DNA from: Bacillota bacterium
Lineage (GTDB): Bacteria > Bacillota > Clostridia > Lachnospirales > Lachnospiraceae
Length of the DNA stretch: 64,000 nucleotides
Assembly: GCA_023387635.1 (NCBI GenBank)
Contig: JAEWHU010000091.1
Span: 2,644-66,643 of the forward strand
Direction: 5' to 3'
Shown here: positions 10,922 through 20,877 of the stretch, piece after piece
How the letters are laid out: every line of letters starts with the position of its first letter
Numbering within the stretch: position 1 is the first letter of the stretch
Position numbers and translations under genes: made by a program
Notes under the pieces: generated by a model
The model's input: the letters and a program-made list of their open reading frames with translations, nothing else
What the model was told of the DNA's origin: nothing
Databases searched by the model: none

Positions 10922-11038
10922 ATACTTTGGCAATCATCAGAGTTTAATGAATCCTGATATGAGGGCGTGTTAATACGCAGACGTGAATTATAGGAATACA
11001 GTAATTTTATTTGATTAATTATGAAAAGAGGCTTTAAT

Positions 11039-11563
11039 ATGAAAAAATTAGAAGAATACATTAGAAGTATACCAAATTTTCCAGAGGAAGGCATTATTTT
11101 TCGCGATATAACTAGTGTATTACAAGATAAAGATGGACTTAGGATGTCGATTGACCAAATGCAATCATTATTAGATGATAAGAATATTGATGTAATTGTT
11201 GGACCTGAATCTAGAGGATTTATCTTTGGAGTACCTATTGCTTATAACTTAAATAAAGCTTTTGTTCCTGTCCGTAAAAAAGGTAAATTACCTTGTGAAA
11301 CTATTGAAATGGAATATGATCTAGAATATGGTACAGCAACTATTGAAATTCACAAAGATGCAATTAAACCAGGTCAAAAAGTAGCTATTGTTGACGACTT
11401 AATCGCTACAGGCGGTACAATAGAAGCAATCACTAAATTAATTGAAAGTTTAGGTGGTGAAGTAGTTAAAATTATCTTTTTAATTGAACTTGAAGGTCTA
11501 CGTGGAAGAGATAAATTAGTTGGATACGATGTTGAATCTGTTTTAAAATATGAAGATAAATAA
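11039..11563 (+). CDS. apt: adenine phosphoribosyltransferase
   Basis: IRSIPNFPEEGIIFRDIT and the PRPP motif VAIVDDLIATGGT are present. Confidence 0.95.
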   Translation: MKKLEEYIRSIPNFPEEGIIFRDITSVLQDKDGLRMSIDQMQSLLDDKNIDVIVGPESRGFIFGVPIAYNLNKAFVPVRKKGKLPCETIEMEYDLEYGTATIEIHKDAIKPGQKVAIVDDLIATGGTIEAITKLIESLGGEVVKIIFLIELEGLRGRDKLVGYDVESVLKYEDK

Positions 11564-11593
11564 TAAAAAGAATAAATACCAATAATAGAAAAA

Positions 11594-11627
11594 AAAGAGT
11601 TTTCAGATAAGCTGTGAACTCTTTTTT
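11594..11627 (+). terminator. intrinsic terminator after apt
   Basis: AAAGAGTT pairs with AACTCTTT and runs into a T-run. Confidence 0.65.
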
Positions 11628-11786
11628 GTGTATAAGGAATGGCTTTCTTTGACATAAAGGGAAAGCTGTTTATCATATTGAACTTGACAAAACAAGCCAG
11701 GATATGTCATTATTCAATAAATAATTGATTTTTTAATAGAAACTGATTATAATAAGAAGATAAACTTATAAATAGGTGGTGATTTC

Positions 11787-14087
11787 ATGGAAAGTGTAGT
11801 AGTTAGTAATAAGTCTAATAGAGACAAAAACAAAAAAGAATTCGATATTCCGGACCATTTTACAAGTCCAGATATTTTATATAGACAATTAATTCACACT
11901 GTAGAAAGTTATCATCCTTCTGCAGATATTTCCATGATAGAAAAAGCTTACCATATTGCTGACAAAGCTCATAATGACCAATTAAGAAAATCTGGAGAGC
12001 CATATATTATACATCCTTTATGTGTAGCTATTATTCTAGCAGAATTGGAATTGGATAAAGAAACTATTGTTGCAGGACTTTTACATGATGTAGTTGAAGA
12101 TACTATATATACTGTAGAAGAACTAACAAAGGAATTTAATGAAGAAATTGCTTTGCTAGTTGATGGCGTTACGAAGCTTACTCAATTAAATTATTCAAAA
12201 GATAAAGTAGAAATTCAAGCAGAGAATTTGCGTAAGATGTTTCTAGCGATGGCAAAGGACATTAGAGTTATTCTTATAAAATTAGCAGATAGACTTCACA
12301 ATATGCGTACGTTAGAGTACCAAACCCCTATTAAACAAAGAGAAAAAGCTAGAGAGACCATGGACATTTATGCTCCAATTGCACAAAGACTTGGTATTTC
12401 TAAGATAAAAATAGAGTTAGATGATTTATCACTTCAATATTTAGAACCTGATATATATAAGGATCTATCTGAAAAGATAAATTTGAGAATTGGTGAAAAG
12501 AAGAGTATTATTAATGGAATCGTAGAAGAAGTACAATTTCATATAAGTGATGCTGAAATAAAGGCAATGATTGATGGACGTGTGAAACATCTTTTTAGTA
12601 TCTATAAAAAGATGGTAAATCAAAATAAAACACTAGATCAAATATATGATTTATTTGCAGTTCGTATTATCGTAGATTCTGTAAAAGATTGTTATGCTGC
12701 TCTTGGTATCATTCACGAAATGTATAAACCCATACCAGGACGATTTAAAGATTATATTGCTATGCCAAAACCTAATATGTATCAATCACTTCATACAACA
12801 TTAATTGGTCCTAATGGTCAGCCATTTGAGATTCAAATAAGAACTTATGAAATGCATCGTACAGCAGAATATGGTATTGCTGCCCATTGGAAATACAAAG
12901 AGCGTAAGGACGGGGCAAACAATAACGATACAGAAGAAGAGAAACTTACATGGCTTAGACAAATTCTTGAATGGCAAAGGGATATGTCAGATAATAAAGA
13001 ATTTTTAAGTTTACTTAAAAGTGACTTAGATTTATTCTCAGAAAGTGTTTACTGTTTCTCTCCAACAGGTGATGTTAAGAACTTACCAAATGGTTCTACA
13101 CCTATTGATTTTGCGTATAATATTCATAGTGCTGTTGGTAATAAAATGGTAGGTGCTAGAGTTAACGGCAAATTAGTTAATATAGATTATGTTATTAAAA
13201 ATGGTGATCGTATTGAAATTATAACGTCACAAAATTCAAAAGGTCCTAGTAGAGATTGGCTTTCTTTAGTAAAAAGTACACAAGCAAAGAATAAGATAAA
13301 TCAATGGTTTAAAACTGAGCTAAAAGAAGATAACATTATTCGTGGTAAAGATATGATCGTAAGTTATTGTAAAGCGAAGAATATCGTCTTAAGTGATTTA
13401 TTAAAATCAGAATATATGAATAAAGTTATGTTGAAGTATGGATTTAAGGATTGGGATTCTATCTATGCTGCTGTTGGTCATGGAGGTCTTAAAGAAGGTC
13501 AAGTCGTTAATAAATTGAAAGACGAATATGATAAGAAGCATAAGAAGGAAATGACGGACGATAAAGTACTTGATACGATAACTGAAATCAAAGAAAGTAA
13601 AGGAAGTCATGGAAGAAAGTCAAAGAGCGGTATTGTAGTTGAAGGAATACATGACGTAGCAGTGCGATTCTCTAAATGTTGTGGTCCAGTTCCTGGTGAT
13701 GAAATTGTAGGATTTGTTACAAGAGGCAGGGGTGTATCAATACACAGAACAGATTGTTTGAATCTTATGAATTTAGCGGAAGAAGACAGGGCAAGATTAA
13801 TTGAAGCTGAATGGAATGTTCCACTTGATAAACAACAAGAGGGTGGACTATATGCAGCAGAGATAAAAATATATTCAAAGAATCGAAGTGGTGTATTAGT
13901 AGATATCTCTAAAATACTTACTGAAAATAAAATAGATGTTACTTCAATGACAGTAAGAACTAGCAAGCAAGGTACTGCCACTATTAGTATAGGTTTTGAT
14001 ATTCATGGTAAAGAACAATTATTGTATATTATAAGTAAATTAAGAACAATCGAAAGTATTCTTGATATTGAAAGAACGACAGGCTAA
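11787..14087 (+). CDS. relA: bifunctional (p)ppGpp synthetase/hydrolase (RelA/SpoT homologue)
   Basis: 766 aa. It has an HD hydrolase domain (HPLCVAIILA, LLHDVVEDT), a synthetase domain (YKPIPGRFKDYIAMPKPNMYQSLHTT) and TGS and ACT regions. Confidence 0.95.
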   Translation: MESVVVSNKSNRDKNKKEFDIPDHFTSPDILYRQLIHTVESYHPSADISMIEKAYHIADKAHNDQLRKSGEPYIIHPLCVAIILAELELDKETIVAGLLHDVVEDTIYTVEELTKEFNEEIALLVDGVTKLTQLNYSKDKVEIQAENLRKMFLAMAKDIRVILIKLADRLHNMRTLEYQTPIKQREKARETMDIYAPIAQRLGISKIKIELDDLSLQYLEPDIYKDLSEKINLRIGEKKSIINGIVEEVQFHISDAEIKAMIDGRVKHLFSIYKKMVNQNKTLDQIYDLFAVRIIVDSVKDCYAALGIIHEMYKPIPGRFKDYIAMPKPNMYQSLHTTLIGPNGQPFEIQIRTYEMHRTAEYGIAAHWKYKERKDGANNNDTEEEKLTWLRQILEWQRDMSDNKEFLSLLKSDLDLFSESVYCFSPTGDVKNLPNGSTPIDFAYNIHSAVGNKMVGARVNGKLVNIDYVIKNGDRIEIITSQNSKGPSRDWLSLVKSTQAKNKINQWFKTELKEDNIIRGKDMIVSYCKAKNIVLSDLLKSEYMNKVMLKYGFKDWDSIYAAVGHGGLKEGQVVNKLKDEYDKKHKKEMTDDKVLDTITEIKESKGSHGRKSKSGIVVEGIHDVAVRFSKCCGPVPGDEIVGFVTRGRGVSIHRTDCLNLMNLAEEDRARLIEAEWNVPLDKQQEGGLYAAEIKIYSKNRSGVLVDISKILTENKIDVTSMTVRTSKQGTATISIGFDIHGKEQLLYIISKLRTIESILDIERTTG

Positions 14088-14179
14088 TTAAGAATAAAGA
14101 TTAGTGAGAAAAATCAATTCACTTTGCAGATATTGTGCCAACACCGAATTCGCGGTGTATCGACGAAATGGAGATTAAA

Positions 14180-14821
14180 ATGAAAATAGGGACTATTCTA
14201 CTTGGAGATGTAAAGACAAATTGTTATATTATCAGTAATGAAGAAACAAAAGAGGGCATTATTATAGATCCAGGCGATAATGCCGGGCTTATTATTAAGA
14301 AACTTGAGGAGGATAATATTAAACCTGTTGGGATTTTACTTACTCATGGTCATTTTGATCATATTATGGCAGGTCCAAAATTATCAGAACATTATGATAT
14401 TCCAATGTATGGCTATATAGAAGAAGGGGAATTGGTAAAAGATTTCATATTAAATGCTGCTTATTTAATTGGTAGTAAATTTACAATGAAATTATCTCAC
14501 TTTTTTAATGATGGTGATGAATTACTTTTGGCTGGTTATAAACTAAAAGTAATTCATACACCAGGGCATACAAAAGGTAGTGTTTGTTTTTATATTGAAG
14601 ATGAAAATGTGTTAATTAGTGGAGATACTTTGTTCTATAATTCTGTTGGTAGAACAGATCTGCCTACAGGTGATGGTATGATGTTGTTGCGTTCTATTGA
14701 AAAAATATTAATGGCATTACCAGAAGAAACAAAAGTTTATCCAGGACATGGAGCTTTAACCTCTATTGGATATGAGAAAAAAAATAATCCATTTATACAT
14801 CCAGAAACAATATGGGATTAA
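14180..14821 (+). CDS. MBL-fold metallo-hydrolase
   Basis: THGHFDH and HTPGHTKGS motifs are present. GGAG lies upstream of the ATG at 14180. Confidence 0.85.
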   Translation: MKIGTILLGDVKTNCYIISNEETKEGIIIDPGDNAGLIIKKLEEDNIKPVGILLTHGHFDHIMAGPKLSEHYDIPMYGYIEEGELVKDFILNAAYLIGSKFTMKLSHFFNDGDELLLAGYKLKVIHTPGHTKGSVCFYIEDENVLISGDTLFYNSVGRTDLPTGDGMMLLRSIEKILMALPEETKVYPGHGALTSIGYEKKNNPFIHPETIWD

Positions 14822-14867
14822 ATTGGATTGGATTTGTAGAAATCTAAATTATATACAATGAAAGTAG

Positions 14868-14902
14868 ATTAGTTGGAAATTATATTTCCAACTAATTTAG
14901 TT
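14868..14902 (+). terminator. hairpin after the MBL hydrolase gene
   Basis: ATTAGTTGGAAAT pairs with ATTTCCAACTAAT as a 13 bp stem. The T tract is weak. Confidence 0.45.
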
Positions 14903-14925
14903 ATGAAGTTAGATAGGAGTTTAAT

Positions 14926-16425
14926 ATGATTACAGTCTATTTGACTAAGAACGAATATGAATACGATATTCATACGTTATTAAAAGCATTTTATCCAAAT
15001 GAACCAATTAAAGTTGCACAATTTGGTGATAAAGAAGAGATATCTACACAAAGTGATTTAACTGAGGAGCCTTTAACAATTCACATTATTTTAGATGAAG
15101 ATAAGATTTTAATGAAAGCATTTAAGTTAGGTGAAAAGTTAGCAGAAGTAAGTAGCAATAAATCACTAGAGAATATAAAAGACTATAAAAATCACTTAAA
15201 GAGAGAGTTGTATAAACTTTTAAATAAGTTAACAAATATAGAACTTCCTTGGGGGATCTTAACAGGGATAAGGCCAACAAAGTTAGCATTAGATCCTCTT
15301 TTACAAGGGGAAGATATTACTAAGATTAAGTCACATCTTAGTAATGAATACCTTTGTTCAGATAAAAAAATTGATTTGAGTATAGAAATAGCAAAACGAG
15401 AATTAGAGTTATTACAAAAGATTGATTACAAGAATAGTTATAGCATATATATTGGAATCCCATTTTGTCCAAGTACATGCCTTTACTGTTCTTTTACTTC
15501 CTATTCCGCTGAAAAGTTTAAGGATTTAATCGAAGTATATTTAGAAGCGCTAATGAAGGAAATATCCTATGCAAAAACAGCTTTTACAGGTAAAAAACTT
15601 TCCACAATATATATTGGAGGGGGAACACCTACAACATTAACAGCAGAGCAATTAGATAGGTTATTAACACATGTTGCTAACTGTTTTGATGTAAAGAATC
15701 TTATGGAATATACAGTGGAAGCTGGAAGACCCGATAGCATAACTTTAGAAAAGTTAGAAGTTCTAAAAAGACAAGGTGTATCTAGAATATCAATTAATCC
15801 ACAAACCATGATGCAAAAAACACTTGATGTTATTGGGAGAAAGCATACCGTACAAGAAATAATAGATGCATACTACATGGCAAGAAAAGTTGGACATGAT
15901 AATATTAATATGGACATTATCATTGGATTGCCAGGTGAGACTAAGGAAGATGTTGCTTATACACTAAGTGAGATAGGAAAACTTAATCCAGATAGTTTAA
16001 CAGTTCATACCCTAGCGATTAAACGTGCAGCAAGGCTTAATATAGAAAAAGAGAATTATAAGGATATGGCAGCGCATGATGCAAAAGAAATGTTAGAATT
16101 AACAACAGCTTATGCAAAAGAATATGATTATCTTCCATACTATCTATATAGACAAAAGAATATGGCAGATAATCTTGAAAACACTGGTTATGCACATTAT
16201 GGGAAAGAGTGTATCTATAATATATTAATTATGGAAGAAAAACAAACCATCTTAGCACTAGGTGCAGGTTCTGTGTCTAAATTTGTATTTCATAATGAAA
16301 ATCGTATAGAGAGAGTAGATAATGTGAAAAGTTTAATTGATTATATTAATCGAATCGATGAGATGATAGAAAGAAAGGTAACTTTTATATCCAATAATAG
16401 AAGTGAATTAGAGAGGACTTTCTAG
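14926..16425 (+). CDS. hemZ: radical SAM coproporphyrinogen-dehydrogenase-like protein (HemZ type)
   Basis: CPSTCLYCSF radical SAM cluster, with a HemN-like fold and an N-terminal extension. Confidence 0.75.
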   Translation: MITVYLTKNEYEYDIHTLLKAFYPNEPIKVAQFGDKEEISTQSDLTEEPLTIHIILDEDKILMKAFKLGEKLAEVSSNKSLENIKDYKNHLKRELYKLLNKLTNIELPWGILTGIRPTKLALDPLLQGEDITKIKSHLSNEYLCSDKKIDLSIEIAKRELELLQKIDYKNSYSIYIGIPFCPSTCLYCSFTSYSAEKFKDLIEVYLEALMKEISYAKTAFTGKKLSTIYIGGGTPTTLTAEQLDRLLTHVANCFDVKNLMEYTVEAGRPDSITLEKLEVLKRQGVSRISINPQTMMQKTLDVIGRKHTVQEIIDAYYMARKVGHDNINMDIIIGLPGETKEDVAYTLSEIGKLNPDSLTVHTLAIKRAARLNIEKENYKDMAAHDAKEMLELTTAYAKEYDYLPYYLYRQKNMADNLENTGYAHYGKECIYNILIMEEKQTILALGAGSVSKFVFHNENRIERVDNVKSLIDYINRIDEMIERKVTFISNNRSELERTF

Positions 16426-17039
16426 TGTTTATTCAAGAAAATAAAAACATCAACATAAAGAGAAGTATTGAAGATGATTTATTAGAAGCAATTGATCATG
16501 GTATTTTAGTAAGTAAGTTAGCTAAACTATTAGCAAAAAATCTAAAAAAAGATGAAAATTTTTGCTATTACATGTCACAAGCTGGATTAGTACATGATAT
16601 TGGTAAATTGAAATTAGGTGAATATCTATACGGAAGAAAGAAAGATGCTTTAGCTATTGAAGAGATGAAATATATCCGTATGCATCCGACTCTTGGATAT
16701 GAAATTTTAATAAATGAAGGATATGACCAGATAATTGCAGAATCAGTATTACATCACCATGAAAACTACGATGGGTCTGGTTATCCTAGTAATCTAAAAG
16801 GGGATGAAATTCCTTATGGTGCTAGAATACTTCGCATCTGTGATGTTTTTGCTGCCCTTATATCAAAAAGAAGATATCGCAGTTCCTTTGATATAGACAC
16901 GGCAATCGAATTAATGATAGAAGAAGTGAAGAATTTTGATATGGAAGTTTTTCTATCATTTTTACAAGCAGTACATTCAGATGAAATAACAGAGATCTTA
17001 GATTATGTTAATTCAATTAATAATAATTATGAGTTTTAA
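16425..17039 (+). CDS. HD-GYP domain protein (putative c-di-GMP phosphodiesterase)
   Basis: VHDIGK and HHHENYDGSGYP motifs are present. The GTG start overlaps the hemZ stop (TAGTG), with a GAGAGG SD 8 nt upstream. Confidence 0.8.
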   Translation: MFIQENKNINIKRSIEDDLLEAIDHGILVSKLAKLLAKNLKKDENFCYYMSQAGLVHDIGKLKLGEYLYGRKKDALAIEEMKYIRMHPTLGYEILINEGYDQIIAESVLHHHENYDGSGYPSNLKGDEIPYGARILRICDVFAALISKRRYRSSFDIDTAIELMIEEVKNFDMEVFLSFLQAVHSDEITEILDYVNSINNNYEF

Positions 17040-17072
17040 TTTATTCATACGTAGGAAAGGAATGGTAGTAAT

Positions 17073-18317
17073 ATGATTACGAAAAGACCTAAAGGAACGA
17101 ATGATTGGTACGGTAGTGATATGCATAAAAGGGCTATTATAGAAGAAAAAGCAAGGGCTCTTTGTAAAGTATATAACATAAAAGAAATTATTACTCCTGT
17201 ATTTGAACATACCGTTTTATTCCAAAGAGGTGTAGGTGAAACAACGGATGTTGTTCAAAAAGAAATGTATACTTTCATGGATAAAGGAAATCGAAGTATT
17301 ACCCTAAAACCAGAAGGCACTGCAGGTGCAATTAGGGCATATTTAGAAAATAATATGTATGCTGAGAGTGGTCCTACAAAATTATTCTACGTAACCCCTG
17401 CTTTTCGATATGAACAGCCACAAAGTGGTAGATTACGTCAGCATCATCAATTTGGTGTTGAATTCATAGGTTCTAAAAGTCCTTTAGTTGAAGTAGAAAT
17501 AATTACTTTAATTATAACTTTTATAAAAGAATTAGGATTAAAAGATGTCAAACTTCATATAAATAGTATTGGATGTTGTGATTGTAGACAAACATATAAT
17601 GAAGCTTTATTAGAATATTTAAACAAGAACGAAGAACATCTATGCCCAACTTGCTTAGAAAGAATGAAGAAAAATCCTCTAAGAGTACTTGATTGTAAAG
17701 TTCCAAGTTGCAAAGAAATTGTAAAAGATGCACCAAGAACGATTCATTACTTAGATGAAGAATGTAGTAATCATTTTAATGAATTACAATCTCTATTAAA
17801 AGAATTAGATATACCATATGAAGTTGATACTGGCATTGTTAGAGGTTTAGATTATTATACTAAGACAGTGTTCGAATTAGTAAATGGGGACGGATTTACA
17901 TTATGTGGTGGCGGTCGTTACGATAATTTAATTCATGAAATAGATGAAAAACATGATATACCATCCGTTGGTTTTGGAATGGGTATTGAAAGAATACTGT
18001 ATTTCCTTGACAAAGAAGGAATCATGCTTTCACCAGATCCAGTTCCTGAAATTTATGTAGGTATATTAGGTAGTGATGCTAAGATTGCTGCTTATAAAGT
18101 GGTAAATGAGCTTCGTAAGAATGGAATCATTGTTGAAACTGATTACTTGGACAAAAGTGTAAAAGCACAAATGAAGTATGCTAATAAAATTGGTGCTAAA
18201 AACACAGTAATTATTGGAGCGGATGAACTAAGTAACAATTTAGTTAAGATAAAAAACATGGAAAATGGGGAACAAACAGAAATTGCACTTGATAACATTG
18301 TTTCATATTTTCTATAA
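17073..18317 (+). CDS. hisS: histidine--tRNA ligase
   Basis: Class II synthetase motifs are present: [19 protein letters not shown] and GGGRYD. Confidence 0.95.
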   Translation: MITKRPKGTNDWYGSDMHKRAIIEEKARALCKVYNIKEIITPVFEHTVLFQRGVGETTDVVQKEMYTFMDKGNRSITLKPEGTAGAIRAYLENNMYAESGPTKLFYVTPAFRYEQPQSGRLRQHHQFGVEFIGSKSPLVEVEIITLIITFIKELGLKDVKLHINSIGCCDCRQTYNEALLEYLNKNEEHLCPTCLERMKKNPLRVLDCKVPSCKEIVKDAPRTIHYLDEECSNHFNELQSLLKELDIPYEVDTGIVRGLDYYTKTVFELVNGDGFTLCGGGRYDNLIHEIDEKHDIPSVGFGMGIERILYFLDKEGIMLSPDPVPEIYVGILGSDAKIAAYKVVNELRKNGIIVETDYLDKSVKAQMKYANKIGAKNTVIIGADELSNNLVKIKNMENGEQTEIALDNIVSYFL

Positions 18318-18352
18318 GATAAACTTATTAAACGTTAATATAATAATAAACG

Positions 18353-18439
18353 AACAAGTCACGAAGGCGAATTTTAAGGGATAGTAACTCATTAAATAGT
18401 TGTTTATGCCAAAGAGTTAATCGTCGTGTCTTGTTTTTT
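18353..18439 (+). terminator. long compound hairpin with T-run after hisS
   Basis: AACAAG-CACGA-CGA pairs with TCG-TCGTG-CTTGTT and encloses an inner TAACTC/GAGTTA helix, followed by TTTTTT. Confidence 0.5.
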
Positions 18440-18606
18440 GTAATTAAAAAGGGTATAATGTAGAAATAAATTAATTATTAGATACATTAATATATGGATG
18501 GGATTTAGTATAGGAAATGATACATAATTAATAATTAAATAGGGATTATGAATGAAAAGAAAGGATAAGTTCTAAGTAATTATATTAGGACGAAAAAGGT
18601 ATATCT

Positions 18607-19986
18607 ATGGAAAATAAAAATGCATGGTTAAAATATGATGATAAAAAAAGAAGTGAAGTTTTTGCTTTGAGTGAAGGATATAAAGCGTTTATATCTGATT
18701 GCAAAACTGAAAGAGAATGTGTAGCAGAAATTATAAGACAATCAAAAGAACAAGGCTACCGTGACCTTAACGAAGTTATTCGCAATAAGGAAACACTAAA
18801 AGCAGGAGATAAAGTGTATATCAATAATATGGATAAAGCAATTGCTTTATTTTTAATTGGTGAAAGACCATTATCTGAAGGTATGAAAATATTAGGTGCA
18901 CATATCGATTCACCAAGAATTGACGTGAAACAAGTACCATTATATGAAGATACTGAAATGGCACTTCTTGACACTCACTATTATGGTGGAATTAAAAAAT
19001 ATCAATGGGTTACTCTTCCTTTAGCGATCCATGGTATAGTAGTGAAAAAAGATGGAACTATAGTTAACATCGTAATTGGTGAAGATGAATCAGATCCTGT
19101 AATCGGTATTTCTGATTTATTAATTCATTTATCAGCAAACCAAATGGATAAAAAGGGTGCTAAAGTTATTGAAGGCGAAGATCTTAACGTTTTAGTAGGA
19201 AGCATTCCACTAAAAGGTGAAGAAAAGGAAGCAGTAAAAGCTAATATCAAAGCTCTTCTAAAAGAAAAATATGATATTGAAGAAGAAGATTTCTTATCTG
19301 CTGAACTTGAAATTGTTCCTGCAGGTAAAGCTAGAGATTATGGATTTGACCGTAGTATGGTAATGGGATATGGACAGGATGATAGAGTTTGTGCTTACAC
19401 TTCAATGATAGCTCAATTTAACATTACTAGTACAGACAGGACTTGTGCATGTATCTTAGTTGATAAAGAAGAAATTGGTAGTGTTGGCGCATCTGGTATG
19501 CATTCTAGATTCTTTGAAAATGCAGTAGCAGAAGTTATGGAGTTACTAGGTGATTATTCTGAACTTAAAGTAAGACGTGCACTTGCAAATTCCCACATGT
19601 TATCTTCTGATGTTAGTGCAGCATTCGATCCTAACTATCCAGCAGTAATGGAGAAAAAGAATTCTGCATATTTTGGTAAAGGTATGGTATTTAATAAGTA
19701 TACAGGTTCAAGAGGTAAATCTGGTTCTAATGATGCTAATGCAGAATATATGGCCAAACTTAGAGGAATTATGGAAAAGCATGATGTTACTTTCCAAACT
19801 TCTGAACTTGGTAAAGTAGATGAAGGTGGCGGCGGTACTATCGCTTATATTATGGCAAACTATAACATGGAAGTAATTGATAGCGGTGTTGCAGTACTTA
19901 ATATGCATGCTCCTTGGGAAATTACAAGTAAAGCAGACATATACGAAACAATGTTAGGTTATGTTGCTTTCCTTACTGAAATCTAA
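18607..19986 (+). CDS. M18-family aminopeptidase
   Basis: 459 aa with GAHIDSPR, DDRVCAY and DKEEIGS metal-site motifs. Confidence 0.85.
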   Translation: MENKNAWLKYDDKKRSEVFALSEGYKAFISDCKTERECVAEIIRQSKEQGYRDLNEVIRNKETLKAGDKVYINNMDKAIALFLIGERPLSEGMKILGAHIDSPRIDVKQVPLYEDTEMALLDTHYYGGIKKYQWVTLPLAIHGIVVKKDGTIVNIVIGEDESDPVIGISDLLIHLSANQMDKKGAKVIEGEDLNVLVGSIPLKGEEKEAVKANIKALLKEKYDIEEEDFLSAELEIVPAGKARDYGFDRSMVMGYGQDDRVCAYTSMIAQFNITSTDRTCACILVDKEEIGSVGASGMHSRFFENAVAEVMELLGDYSELKVRRALANSHMLSSDVSAAFDPNYPAVMEKKNSAYFGKGMVFNKYTGSRGKSGSNDANAEYMAKLRGIMEKHDVTFQTSELGKVDEGGGGTIAYIMANYNMEVIDSGVAVLNMHAPWEITSKADIYETMLGYVAFLTEI

Positions 19987-19999
19987 GAATTACAATGAA

Positions 20000-20064
20000 T
20001 GACTCCTATTAATGGATAAGACTTTATATTACTAGTCAAGATATTAATAGGGGTCATATTTTAT
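20000..20064 (+). terminator. terminator after the aminopeptidase gene
   Basis: TGACTCCTATTAAT pairs with ATTAATAGGGGTCA and is followed by TATTTTAT. The loop is large. Confidence 0.5.
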
Positions 20065-20128
20065 GTTCGCTTTAATTTAGGTTTTGGGTATTTCATATGC
20101 TAAATATATATTTTGATTATTTCTGTCT

Positions 20129-20196
20129 ATCAGATGATTTTTTACTTGCCTTTCCCTCACGTTGTTCGGACGGACTGCGTAAAAAATACATCTGAT
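20129..20196. repeat. 17 bp inverted repeat enclosing a GC-rich 33 nt loop
   Basis: ATCAGATGATTTTTTAC (20129-20145) pairs with GTAAAAAATACATCTGAT (20179-20196), with one bulge. Confidence 0.7.
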
Positions 20197-20224
20197 ATCA
20201 CGAAATTTAAGCTAGACTCTTTAA

Positions 20225-20322
20225 GCATATGAAATACTAAAAACAGTGTATGAAATGTTAAAAAGCAGTATATGAAATACTAAAAGCAGCGTATGAAATA
20301 CTAAAAAGCAGTATATGAAAGG
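20225..20322 (+). repeat. array of 4.5 direct repeats with 21-22 bp period (TATGAAATACTAAAAAGCAG)
   Basis: TATGAAA starts at 20228, 20249, 20271, 20292 and 20314. An inverted copy, GTATTTCATATGC, lies at 20088-20100. Confidence 0.85.
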
Positions 20323-20366
20323 TATCGGGTTTCAGAAGGATATAAAATATAAGGAGGTATTAATAT

Positions 20367-20666
20367 ATGATAAGGCATATAGTTATGTTTACACTAAAGG
20401 ATTTTGATGAAGAAGAAAAGGATAGTGTTAAATTAAAAATTAAGAATATGTTAGAAGATCTAAAAGACATCATTCCTGGTATTGTTAAGATTAATGTTAT
20501 AACTAATCCATTACCAACTACTAACGGTGACGTAATTTTAGATAGTTTATTTGAAAGTGAAGAAGCATTAGCAAATTATCAAGTTCATCCAGAGCATATG
20601 AAAGCAGGAGAATATATTGGAACTGTAAGGAAGGAACGAATTTGTATTGACTATTATGAAGTTTAG
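20367..20666 (+). CDS. Dabb (stress-responsive alpha/beta barrel) family protein
   Basis: 99 aa, MIRHIVMFTLKD...HPEH.., with an AAGGAGG RBS. Confidence 0.75.
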   Translation: MIRHIVMFTLKDFDEEEKDSVKLKIKNMLEDLKDIIPGIVKINVITNPLPTTNGDVILDSLFESEEALANYQVHPEHMKAGEYIGTVRKERICIDYYEV

Positions 20667-20774
20667 GTGATATGATATCAGAAGAGTTTTTTTGCTTATT
20701 TGGATAAATAAGATTAGAGTGTCATAAGCACCAAAGGTGATATTTTGGTACAATATATTAGTATGTAAGCTAGC

Positions 20775-20799
20775 TTGCTACAATAATATATTGTAGCAA
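20775..20799. promoter_or_regulatory. perfect 10 bp-arm palindrome in the aspS upstream region
   Basis: TTGCTACAAT-AATAT-ATTGTAGCAA. The palindrome AAGCTAGCTT lies next to it and recurs at 20850-20859. Confidence 0.6.
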
Positions 20800-20877
20800 A
20801 ATTAGTGCTACGCACCTTTTGACACCCTAAGCATAAGAATAAGTAGTTCTAAGCTAGCTTATATTAGGAGGATTAAC

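Noticed and set aside
10922-11038. Purine riboswitch in the ~110 nt apt leader.
   Set aside because: The conserved purine-riboswitch core (UAUAAUCGCGUGGAUAUGGCACGCAAGUUUCUACCGGGCACCGUAAAUGUCCGACUAUG-like) is absent. Only short hairpins are present.
17040-17072. T-box leader upstream of hisS.
   Set aside because: Only 33 nt separate hisS from the preceding gene, so there is no room for a T-box.
20228-20310. Repeated mini-ORFs ATGAAATACTAA (Met-Lys-Tyr-stop) inside the 21-22 bp repeat array.
   Set aside because: None is preceded by a Shine-Dalgarno sequence. The reading is most likely coincidental to a DNA-level repeat.
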